A DNA stretch of 64,000 bases from an uncultured Merdimonas sp. (GTDB lineage: Bacteria; Bacillota; Clostridia; Lachnospirales; Lachnospiraceae): the NCBI GenBank assembly GCA_944375745.1, contig CALWAV010000075.1, positions 7,826-71,825 of the forward strand, written 5' to 3'. The position numbers were made by a program, and so were the translations under genes. The stretch's first letter is position 1, and each line of letters opens with the position of its first letter. The notes beneath the pieces were generated by a model. The model was given only the letters and a program-made list of their open reading frames with translations, made no database searches and was not told where the DNA came from. Shown here piece after piece: positions 29,419-37,816 of this stretch.

Positions 29419-29659
29419 CAGTGATTTTTGGGCCGCGTCAAGAAAGTACCGCCCGGGGCAGGAGACGGAAAACGGCCATGAGGAAGAGGACCGGTATTAT
29501 ACCCAGAAATTCAATTCGATCTGTCCGGTGGATTCTTCCAAAGTCGTTCACACGGTACAGTTCAGAAAAGCCACCTGCACCCGTGTGGATGACACCGTGG
29601 AGGATTTTCACTGCAGCCGGGACGGCGGCTGCGTGAAGTGTACGGAGAATTACCGCTGA
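29393..29659 (+). CDS. Small Cys-rich hypothetical protein (88 aa)
   Basis: AGGAG at 29381-29385, 7 nt before ATG; overlaps the hydG 3' end; five Cys ending C-x5-C-x2-C. Confidence 0.5.
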   Translation: MEKEISGSSSDFWAASRKYRPGQETENGHEEEDRYYTQKFNSICPVDSSKVVHTVQFRKATCTRVDDTVEDFHCSRDGGCVKCTENYR

Positions 29660-29665
29660 GAGTCA

Positions 29666-29694
29666 TTGCTTTTTTCCCGGGAACCAACTATAAT
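29666..29694 (+). promoter_or_regulatory. Sigma-A promoter of carbamate kinase
   Basis: TTGCTT, 17 nt, TATAAT. Confidence 0.65.
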
Positions 29695-29751
29695 GTTTGT
29701 ATCAGTCAGTCATATTGATTATGAGATTACGAATAGACGAGGTACGGAGAT

Positions 29752-30684
29752 ATGGAGAAAAAGAAAATCGTAGTGGCACTGGGACACAAGGCTCTCGGAA
29801 CGACTCTGCCGGAGCAGATGACAGCGGTGAAGGGAGCGGCAAAAGCCATCGCCGATCTGGTGGAGGAAGGATGCCAGGTGGCCATCTGCCACAGCAATGC
29901 GCCTCAGGTGGGAATGATTCATACGGCTTTGAATGAGTTTGGAAAGGTGCATCAGGAATATACCTTTGCTCCCATGTCGGTCTGCTCCGCCATGAGCCAG
30001 GGATATATCGGATACGATCTGCAGAATGCCATCCGGGAAGAGCTGCTTTCCAGAGGAATCGTCAAGACAGTCAGCACGATCATCACCCAGGTGGTGGTAG
30101 ATCCGTACGATGAAGCCTTTGCGGAGCCTATCAAGGTCATTGGCCGGTATATGACAGCGGAGGAAGCCGCGGCGGAAGAGGAAAAGGGCAATTTTGTAGT
30201 GGAAGAAAAGGGAAAAGGCTTCCGCCGGATTGTGGCGGCTCCGAAGCCGAAGGATATTGTGGAGATCGATGCTGTCCGCGCTCTGCTGGACGCGGATCAG
30301 ATTGTGATTGCCTGCGGAGGAGGCGGAATTCCTGTGCTGCGCCAGCGCAATCGTCTGAAGGGCGCCAGCGCGGTCATCGAGAAGGATTATGCCAGCGGAA
30401 AACTGGCGGAGCTTCTGGACGCGGATATGCTGATGATTCTCACCGATCAGGAAAAGGTGTCTATCAACTACGGTACAGACCGGGAGAAGCAGCTGGATGT
30501 GGTCAGCCCGGAGCAGGTGGAAGAGTACGCGGCTGCCGGACAGTTCCCGAAGGCTTCCGTCCTTCCGAAGATGGCCGCGGGCGCGTCCTTTGTGTCAGGC
30601 CGGGAAGGCCGTGTGGCTGTGATCGCGGAGCTTACAAAGGCAAAAGAGGCCTATCAGCAGAAGGCCGGTACGATCATCCGGTAA
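29752..30684 (+). CDS. arcC: Carbamate kinase
   Basis: IVVALG, PQVG, SQGYIGY, GFRRIV, GGGGIPV and AVIEKD motifs; several canonical residues are diverged. Confidence 0.88.
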   Translation: MEKKKIVVALGHKALGTTLPEQMTAVKGAAKAIADLVEEGCQVAICHSNAPQVGMIHTALNEFGKVHQEYTFAPMSVCSAMSQGYIGYDLQNAIREELLSRGIVKTVSTIITQVVVDPYDEAFAEPIKVIGRYMTAEEAAAEEEKGNFVVEEKGKGFRRIVAAPKPKDIVEIDAVRALLDADQIVIACGGGGIPVLRQRNRLKGASAVIEKDYASGKLAELLDADMLMILTDQEKVSINYGTDREKQLDVVSPEQVEEYAAAGQFPKASVLPKMAAGASFVSGREGRVAVIAELTKAKEAYQQKAGTIIR

Positions 30685-30724
30685 GGAGGAGCCGGGACAC
30701 CGCGCAGTATGAGATGGAGGTGTT

Positions 30725-30783
30725 CCGGGAACCGGGACCGGAACCGCAGCAGGTTCCGGCCCCGGTTCCCGGGCGCTTTTTTT
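30725..30783 (+). terminator. Intrinsic terminator
   Basis: ccgggaaccgggaccggaacc / ggttccggccccggttcccgg stem plus T7. Confidence 0.8.
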
Positions 30784-30799
30784 CGTGCTGTTAAAAATG

Positions 30800-30828
30800 T
30801 TGCTCTTCCGGCCGTTTAATGATATACT
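30800..30828 (+). promoter_or_regulatory. Promoter of the polysaccharide locus
   Basis: TTGCTC, 17 nt, TATACT with extended -10 TG. Confidence 0.6.
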
Positions 30829-30887
30829 ACTAGCGACAATACCATAATTCGGCATGGTGTATGAACGAAACAGGAGGAAATTTTCGG

Positions 30888-31970
30888 ATGAGAACGTATC
30901 TCGTTACCGGCGGAGCCGGATTTATCGGTTCCAATTACATTCATTACATGTTCCGCAAATACGGAGATGAAATCCGTATTATCAATGTAGACGCGCTGAC
31001 CTACGCGGGAAATCTGGAGAATCTGAAGGATGTGGAAAATCGGGAAAACTACACCTTTATCAAGGCAGATATCCGCGACAGAGAGGCGATTGAGAAGATT
31101 TTCGAGGAAAATGACATCGACCGGGTGGTGCATTTCGCGGCGGAGAGCCATGTGGACCGCAGCATCCGCAACCCGGAGATTTTTGTGGAGACCAACGTGC
31201 TGGGCACCCTTGTGATGCTGAACGCGGCGAAGAAAGCCTGGGAGCTGCCGGACGGAAGCTTTAAGGAGGACAAGAAGTTTCTTCATGTGTCCACGGACGA
31301 GGTATACGGATCACTGGAAGAGGGAGATACTTATTTTTATGAGACGACTCCCATTGATCCCCACAGCCCCTATTCTGCCAGCAAAGCGTCTTCGGACATG
31401 CTGGTAAAGGCATACTGGGATACCTATCATTTCCCCATGAATATCACAAACTGCAGCAATAACTATGGACCGTACCAGTTCCCGGAGAAGCTGATCCCGC
31501 TGATCATCAATAACGCGCTCCAGGGCAAGAAGCTGCCGGTATATGGAGACGGAAAGAACGTCCGTGACTGGCTCTATGTGGACGACCACGCAAAGGCCAT
31601 TGACATGGTTCAGGAAAAGGGACGCCTGGGCGAGCGCTACAATATCGGCGGGCACAATGAGAAGCAGAATATCGAGATTATCAATATTATTCTGGAGACG
31701 CTTCAGGAAATGCTGCCGGATGATGACCCGAGAAAGAAACTGGTAAGCAAGGATCTGATTACCTATGTGACAGACCGCAAGGGCCATGACCGCCGGTATG
31801 CCATTGCGCCGGACAAGATCAAGAAAGAGATCGGCTGGTATCCGGAGACCATGTTCAAGGACGGCATCCGTCTGACCATCCAGTGGTATTTTGAGCATGA
31901 GGACTGGATGAAGAACGTGACCAGCGGCGACTATCAGAAATATTATCAGGATATGTATCAGGATAAATAA
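30888..31970 (+). CDS. rfbB: dTDP-glucose 4,6-dehydratase
   Basis: TGGAGFIGS, AAESHVDRSI, STDEVYG, YSASK and DRKGHDRRY motifs. Confidence 0.96.
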   Translation: MRTYLVTGGAGFIGSNYIHYMFRKYGDEIRIINVDALTYAGNLENLKDVENRENYTFIKADIRDREAIEKIFEENDIDRVVHFAAESHVDRSIRNPEIFVETNVLGTLVMLNAAKKAWELPDGSFKEDKKFLHVSTDEVYGSLEEGDTYFYETTPIDPHSPYSASKASSDMLVKAYWDTYHFPMNITNCSNNYGPYQFPEKLIPLIINNALQGKKLPVYGDGKNVRDWLYVDDHAKAIDMVQEKGRLGERYNIGGHNEKQNIEIINIILETLQEMLPDDDPRKKLVSKDLITYVTDRKGHDRRYAIAPDKIKKEIGWYPETMFKDGIRLTIQWYFEHEDWMKNVTSGDYQKYYQDMYQDK

Positions 31971-32003
31971 AGCAGGACGTGTTCCTGGACGGAGGTTATA
32001 TTA

Positions 32004-32873
32004 ATGAAAGGAATTATTCTGGCCGGAGGCGCCGGAACCAGACTTTACCCGCTCACAAAGGCCATTTCCAAGCAGATCATGCCGGTTTATGATAAGCCCA
32101 TGATTTATTACCCGCTGTCTACGCTGATGCTGGCCGGCATCCGTGAGGTGCTGATTATCTCCACCCCCCGGGATCTGCCGGTGTTCAAGGAGCTGTTTGG
32201 GGACGGCTCCCAGATCGGCATGGATATCAGCTACGCGGTGCAGGAGTATCCGAGAGGACTGGCTGACGCTTTCCTGATCGGGGAATCCTTTATCGGAACA
32301 GACCGGGTGGCCCTGGTTCTGGGAGACAATATCTTCTATGGACAGAGCTTCTCCAAGGTATTGAAGCGGGCCGCGGAGCGGGAGCATGGAGCCACGATTT
32401 TCGGCTATTATGTAAAAGATCCCCGGGAGTATGGTGTGGTGGAATTTGATGAGAACGGAAAGGCTCTTTCTATTGAAGAAAAGCCGGAGCATCCCAAGTC
32501 AAATTACGCGGTTCCCGGCCTGTATTTTTACGACAATGATGTGATCGAAATCGCGAAGGGAGTAAAACCCTCCGCCAGAGGCGAGATTGAGATCACCAGC
32601 ATCAATAATGAATATCTCCGCAGGGGAACTCTTCAGGTGGAGACTCTCGGCCGCGGCTTTGCCTGGCTGGATACCGGAAATCATGACGCCCTTCTTGACG
32701 CGGCAGATTTTGTGGCGGCGTTCCAGAAGCGCCAGGGCATGTATATTTCCTGTATCGAAGAGATCGCTTACCGCCGGGGCTTTATTGACAGAGAGCAGCT
32801 TCTGGAGCTGGCGAAGCCTCTTATGAAGACGGCCTATGGCCAGTATCTGGTAGATGTGGCGAACGGTCTATAA
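32004..32873 (+). CDS. rfbA: Glucose-1-phosphate thymidylyltransferase
   Basis: [26 protein letters not shown] and SARGEIEI motifs. Confidence 0.96.
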   Translation: MKGIILAGGAGTRLYPLTKAISKQIMPVYDKPMIYYPLSTLMLAGIREVLIISTPRDLPVFKELFGDGSQIGMDISYAVQEYPRGLADAFLIGESFIGTDRVALVLGDNIFYGQSFSKVLKRAAEREHGATIFGYYVKDPREYGVVEFDENGKALSIEEKPEHPKSNYAVPGLYFYDNDVIEIAKGVKPSARGEIEITSINNEYLRRGTLQVETLGRGFAWLDTGNHDALLDAADFVAAFQKRQGMYISCIEEIAYRRGFIDREQLLELAKPLMKTAYGQYLVDVANGL

Positions 32874-32897
32874 TTCTGCAAAGGGAGAAATACAGAA

Positions 32898-33449
32898 ATG
32901 GGAAAGATTACAGTAGAGACCTGTCCCATAGAGGGACTGAAAGTTATTACGCCTGCGGTTTTTGGAGACGAGCGCGGCTATTTTATGGAGACTTACAATT
33001 ACAATGATTTTAAGGAGGCAGGCATCGATCTGACTTTTGTGCAGGACAACCAGTCTTCCTCCAAGAAGGGCGTGCTGCGGGGACTTCATTTCCAGATCAA
33101 CCATCCCCAGGACAAGATTGTCCGGGTGGTCAGCGGAGAAGTCTTTGATGTGGCAGTGGATCTCAGGGAAGGATCCCACACCTATGGACAGTGGTACGGC
33201 GTGCTCCTTTCCGCGGAAAATAAAAAGCAGTTCTTTATTCCGAAGAACTTCGCCCACGGCTTTCTCGTGCTTTCCGATCACGCGGAGTTCGCGTACAAAT
33301 GCACAGATTTTTACCATCCGAACGATGAAGGCGGCATTATCTGGAATGATCCGGATATCGGAGTGGAGTGGCCGATTCCGGAAGGAATGGAACTGACCAT
33401 TTCCGAGAAGGACCAGAAATGGGGCGGAATTAAGGAGTTGAAAAAGTAG
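32898..33449 (+). CDS. rfbC: dTDP-4-dehydrorhamnose 3,5-epimerase
   Basis: DERGYF, QDNQS, GVLRGLHFQ, DVAVDLR and FAHGF motifs. Confidence 0.96.
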   Translation: MGKITVETCPIEGLKVITPAVFGDERGYFMETYNYNDFKEAGIDLTFVQDNQSSSKKGVLRGLHFQINHPQDKIVRVVSGEVFDVAVDLREGSHTYGQWYGVLLSAENKKQFFIPKNFAHGFLVLSDHAEFAYKCTDFYHPNDEGGIIWNDPDIGVEWPIPEGMELTISEKDQKWGGIKELKK

Positions 33450-33450
33450 C

Positions 33451-34272
33451 ATGGGAGAGAACAGACAGCTGACCGCGGAGGTCTTTATCGATACGGGAAA
33501 GGATTTTCGTCCGGAGGATTCTCTGACGGTTCCCTATACCTGCGCTCTGGGCGAGACCGTGGCGCTGGAGTTTGATTTAAGCGGCTTTGAGCATACCTGT
33601 GGCTTCCGGTTTGACCCGCTGCTGGAGGACAGCAGCATGGTCCGGCTGCAGGAGATCTCTCTGACCTATGAGGATGGAGAGACGAAAAATATTGATTTTT
33701 CCAGGATCAAGACCAACAGTGATGTGGATTTTGAGCCGGTTTTTGTGTATCTTCATAAAGACCCTAAGTTTTTTGTGGATGAGGCCCTGTGTCTGAAGCT
33801 GACAGGGGCCAGGGTGCGCTTTCAGGTGCTGGAGCTGGGCCTGGCGGAAAAGGAATACTGGCAGGAGATCAAAAAGCACAGCGTTTCCGAAAAGGAGAAA
33901 GCGCAGCTACTCGGCAAGCTGGACGCTGCCATGAAGGAGAATCATGCTCTGGAAAAGGAAAACCGCAGGCTGAAGATCGAGGAGGAGGATATCTATTCCT
34001 CCGGAATCTGGAAGCTGCAGCATGACGCCCGGGGACCGCTGAAAGTGATCCTGGGCAAGGGCAACATTCTGACTTTCCTGGCCTCTGTCTATATCGCGCT
34101 CTGCACGGAGCTTTTTATTTTTAATGATGCCTATTACTCCACGCCCCGGCCCAACGATCAGGTGCTGACATTCAGCTTCCTTCGTTTTGGACTGGTATGG
34201 CTTGGAGCTTTTGTGCTGATTGCAGTCATAAACCGAGTGATTCAGAAAGGATACCGCCGTGAGCTTGCTTAG
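33451..34272 (+). CDS. Hypothetical protein: beta-rich N-domain, coiled coil, two C-terminal TM helices
   Basis: GFRFDP-containing domain, heptad region, hydrophobic C-terminus; coupled to rfbC and wzm. Confidence 0.75.
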   Translation: MGENRQLTAEVFIDTGKDFRPEDSLTVPYTCALGETVALEFDLSGFEHTCGFRFDPLLEDSSMVRLQEISLTYEDGETKNIDFSRIKTNSDVDFEPVFVYLHKDPKFFVDEALCLKLTGARVRFQVLELGLAEKEYWQEIKKHSVSEKEKAQLLGKLDAAMKENHALEKENRRLKIEEEDIYSSGIWKLQHDARGPLKVILGKGNILTFLASVYIALCTELFIFNDAYYSTPRPNDQVLTFSFLRFGLVWLGAFVLIAVINRVIQKGYRRELA

Positions 34273-35047
34273 TGTTTTTGTCAAATACAGAGCCCTCATT
34301 AACCAGCTGGTGATGAGGGATATCAAAACCAAATACCGGCGTTCTATTCTGGGCTTACTCTGGACGGTGCTGAATCCTCTTCTGATGATGGCAGTGCTGT
34401 CCGTAGTGTTTTCTTACTTCTTTTCCAGATATGGAGAGGTGGAAAATTTCCCGGTATATCTGCTCTGCGGCCAGGTTATTTTTAACTTTTTCAATGAGTC
34501 TACAAGCATTGCCATGGGCTCGATTGTGCATAGCGGAGAGCTGATCAAAAAGGTCTATGTACCCAAATATCTGTTTCCGATCACGAAGGTGATATCCAGC
34601 GGCGTAAATCTGCTGGCTTCTATGCTGGCGCTGGTAATTGTGATGGTAGTGACAAGATCGAGAGTGACGCCGACGATTCTTCTGGCGGTTCTTCCTCTGT
34701 TCTATGTGCTGCTGTTTTCCACAGGCGTCAGCCTGTTTCTGTCGGCTGCGGCCGTCAGTTTCAGGGATCTGATGCATCTGTACAGTGTGCTGACTACCGC
34801 CTGGATGTACCTGACGCCGGTGATTTATCCCATGTCGATTCTGGAAGGAGCACCGGATTGGGTGAGAGTCATCGTTAATATCAATCCGCTGACGGCCTTT
34901 ATCAAGATCTTCCGTGCGGTAGTGCTGGACGGAGTGACGCCGCCGGCGATTCTGCATGTGCAGAGCCTTATCTGGTGCGCAGTGGCGCTCCTGCTCGGTT
35001 CCCTGGTGTTTAAGAAATCCCAGGACAGCTTTATACTGAAAATATAG
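34259..35047 (+). CDS. wzm: ABC-2 polysaccharide export permease (Wzm/RgpC-like)
   Basis: RDIKTKYRRSILGLLW, YLTPVIYP and NPL motifs. Confidence 0.92.
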   Translation: MSLLSVFVKYRALINQLVMRDIKTKYRRSILGLLWTVLNPLLMMAVLSVVFSYFFSRYGEVENFPVYLLCGQVIFNFFNESTSIAMGSIVHSGELIKKVYVPKYLFPITKVISSGVNLLASMLALVIVMVVTRSRVTPTILLAVLPLFYVLLFSTGVSLFLSAAAVSFRDLMHLYSVLTTAWMYLTPVIYPMSILEGAPDWVRVIVNINPLTAFIKIFRAVVLDGVTPPAILHVQSLIWCAVALLLGSLVFKKSQDSFILKI

Positions 35048-35056
35048 GAGAGAGTC

Positions 35057-35806
35057 ATGAAGATAGAGAATGCGATAGAAGTAAATAATGTGTCCATGTG
35101 CTTCAACCTCTCCAAACAAAAGGTGGACAATATCAAGGAATATGTAATCAAGGCCTTGAAGCATCAGCTGTTTTATGAGGAATTCTGGGCCCTGAATGAT
35201 ATCAGCTTTGAGGTGCGCAAGGGAGATTCCGTGGGCCTGGTGGGTATGAACGGATCGGGCAAAAGTACGATGCTGAAAATCATTGCGGGAGTGCTGAAGC
35301 CCACAAAGGGAAGCGTGGAGACGACAGGAACCATCGCGCCCATGATTGAGCTGGGCGCAGGCTTCGACCATGATCTGACTGCCCGGGAAAATATTTTCCT
35401 GAACGGAGCGCTGATCGGCTATCCCCAGGAAATGCTGGAGGAGCGCTTTGATGATATCATTTCCTTTGCCGGACTGGAGCGGTTCGTGGATGTGCCTATC
35501 AAGAACTTTTCTTCCGGTATGCTGGCGAGGCTTGGCTTTTCCATTGCGACGATTGTGGACGCGGACATTCTGATCATCGACGAGATTCTGTCGGTGGGAG
35601 ATTATCAGTTCCAGAATAAGTGCAAAAAGAGAATTCGTGAGATGATGGACCGGAATACCACGGTGCTGTTTGTGTCCCACAGCATCGAGCAGGTGAAGGA
35701 GATCTGCAACCGGGCTATCTGGATAGACAAGGGACACATCCGTATGATGGGCGAGGCGGAAGAGGTCTGCGACGCCTATGAGGATCCGAGTGAAAAACTG
35801 ATGTAG
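35057..35806 (+). CDS. wzt: ABC polysaccharide export ATPase (Wzt), no C-terminal glycan-binding domain
   Basis: GMNGSGKST, FSSGM, IIDE and VSHS motifs; only 249 aa. Confidence 0.92.
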   Translation: MKIENAIEVNNVSMCFNLSKQKVDNIKEYVIKALKHQLFYEEFWALNDISFEVRKGDSVGLVGMNGSGKSTMLKIIAGVLKPTKGSVETTGTIAPMIELGAGFDHDLTARENIFLNGALIGYPQEMLEERFDDIISFAGLERFVDVPIKNFSSGMLARLGFSIATIVDADILIIDEILSVGDYQFQNKCKKRIREMMDRNTTVLFVSHSIEQVKEICNRAIWIDKGHIRMMGEAEEVCDAYEDPSEKLM

Positions 35807-35846
35807 GAACATCCGGCAGCAGACGGGCCGGCTGATGAGGGAGAAG

Positions 35847-37808
35847 ATGGACAATCAGGAATTACAGAACGATTATAAGAAGCTCTATGAGGCGGAAAGG
35901 GAAAAATCCGAGGTTCTTGTGAGCAAGATTGAGGAATGCGAAAAGGAGATTGAGGAGCTGAATTTCAAGCTGGACCGAATCAAGGGCAGCTTTGCCTGGA
36001 AGCTTGCAACCCCTCTGCGCAAGGGCCTTCATTTCTATGAGAAGACCAGGGACAGGCTGACCCGCTACGGCTCTATTCCGGGACTGATGCGGAAGGTCAG
36101 AAGTAAGATGCAGGAGCGAAAGAATATGAAGCGCCACGGCACAGCCAGCTTTCCGTCCCCGGAAGAGGCAAAGCGGCAGCGAGAGGCGGTTTTTCCCAAT
36201 ATGGTGAAATTCAGCATTCTGACGCCCCTTTACAATACACCGGAGAAATTCTTGAGAGAGCTTCTGGACTGCGTGCAGGCTCAGACATATCAGAACTGGG
36301 AGCTGTGTCTGGCGGACGGAAGTGATCACGACCATGCCTATGTGGGAGAGATCTGCCGGGAATATGCCGAAAAGGATCCCAGAATCATTTATCATGTGCT
36401 GGATCACAATGAGGGTATCTCGGGTAATACCAATGAATGCCTGAAGCTTGCCACAGGCGATTATATCGCTCTTCTTGATCACGATGACATTCTGCATCCT
36501 GCGGTGCTTTACGAATATGTGAAAGCAATCAACGAGACGGGAGCCGACTATATTTACTGCGATGAGATTACGTTTGAGGGAGACAGCATTGATCATATGA
36601 TTGTGCTGCATTTCAAGCCGGATTTTGCCATTGACAACCTGCGGGGCAATAATTATATCTGCCATTTTTCCGCCTTTTCCAGACATCTGCTGGATGAGAC
36701 AGGCGTATTCCGAAGCGAATATGACGGCAGCCAGGATCATGACATGATTCTGCGGCTGACCACAAAGGCAAAAAAGGTATATCATGTTCCTAAAGCCCTT
36801 TATTACTGGAGATCCCATAAGGCCTCCGTGGCCCAGGATATCAATGCCAAGACCTATGCGGTGGACGCGGCCAAGAGAGCGGTTCATGATCACATCATGG
36901 ATGTGTACGGCATGGACGCCAAGGTTGAAAGTACAAGAGCTTTCCCGACTATTTTCCGAATCCGCTATCCGCTGCTGGAGAGACCGCTGATTTCCATTGT
37001 GATTCCCAATAAGGATCATATGGAAGATCTGTCCCGCTGTGTGGAATCTATTGTGAATAAATCCACCTATGAGAATTATGAGATTGTCATTGTGGAGAAT
37101 AACAGTGAGACAAAAGAGATCTTCGATTACTATAAGGCGCTGGAGCACAATCCCAAGATTCGGATTGTGAAGTATGAGGGAGATTTCAATTATTCCCGCA
37201 TCAATAATTTCGGCGTGACCTTTACAAAGGGAAAATACGTGTTGCTGCTGAATAATGACATCAAGATCATTACCCGGGAGTGGATGGAAGAAATGCTGAT
37301 GTATGCCCAGCGCCCGGATGTGGCCGCTGTGGGCGCAAAGCTTTACTACGCGGACAATACCATTCAGCATGCAGGCATTGTCATAGGCCTGGGCGCCCAC
37401 CGGGCAGCCGGCCATACCCATTACAAGGATGACAAGATGCATCTGGGCTATATGGGCCGTCTCTGCTACGCCCAGGATGTGACGGCAGTGACAGGGGCCT
37501 GCCTTCTGGTAAGCCGTGCCCAGTATGATGAGGTGGGCGGACTGGACGAGACCTTCAGCGTGGCTTTCAATGATGTGGATTTCTGCCTGAAGCTGCGCCA
37601 TGCGGGCTACCTGAATGTGTTCACGCCTTTTGCGGAATTATATCATTATGAGTCCAAGACGAGAGGCATGGAAGAGGGAGAAAAAATGAAGCGGTTCCAG
37701 CATGAGGTGGATCTGTTCCGGACAAAGTGGAAGGCAGATCTGGATGCGGGAGATCCTTATTTCAATCCCAATTTCTCGCTGGATTATTCAGATTATACGA
37801 TTAAATAG
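35847..37808 (+). CDS. Two-domain GT2 glycosyltransferase with N-terminal coiled coil
   Basis: SFAWKLATPLR helix; WELCLADGS, LDHDD, GSQDHD; second domain IPNKD, LLNND, FNDVDFCL. Confidence 0.92.
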   Translation: MDNQELQNDYKKLYEAEREKSEVLVSKIEECEKEIEELNFKLDRIKGSFAWKLATPLRKGLHFYEKTRDRLTRYGSIPGLMRKVRSKMQERKNMKRHGTASFPSPEEAKRQREAVFPNMVKFSILTPLYNTPEKFLRELLDCVQAQTYQNWELCLADGSDHDHAYVGEICREYAEKDPRIIYHVLDHNEGISGNTNECLKLATGDYIALLDHDDILHPAVLYEYVKAINETGADYIYCDEITFEGDSIDHMIVLHFKPDFAIDNLRGNNYICHFSAFSRHLLDETGVFRSEYDGSQDHDMILRLTTKAKKVYHVPKALYYWRSHKASVAQDINAKTYAVDAAKRAVHDHIMDVYGMDAKVESTRAFPTIFRIRYPLLERPLISIVIPNKDHMEDLSRCVESIVNKSTYENYEIVIVENNSETKEIFDYYKALEHNPKIRIVKYEGDFNYSRINNFGVTFTKGKYVLLLNNDIKIITREWMEEMLMYAQRPDVAAVGAKLYYADNTIQHAGIVIGLGAHRAAGHTHYKDDKMHLGYMGRLCYAQDVTAVTGACLLVSRAQYDEVGGLDETFSVAFNDVDFCLKLRHAGYLNVFTPFAELYHYESKTRGMEEGEKMKRFQHEVDLFRTKWKADLDAGDPYFNPNFSLDYSDYTIK

Positions 37809-37816
37809 GAGAGATC

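Noticed and set aside
29421-29636. Alternative-frame ORF (MRKRTGII...) and RiPP-precursor reading of the region after the radical SAM gene
   Set aside because: The alternative frame has poorer RBS spacing and unnatural composition; the enzyme is clearly HydG, not a SPASM peptide maturase
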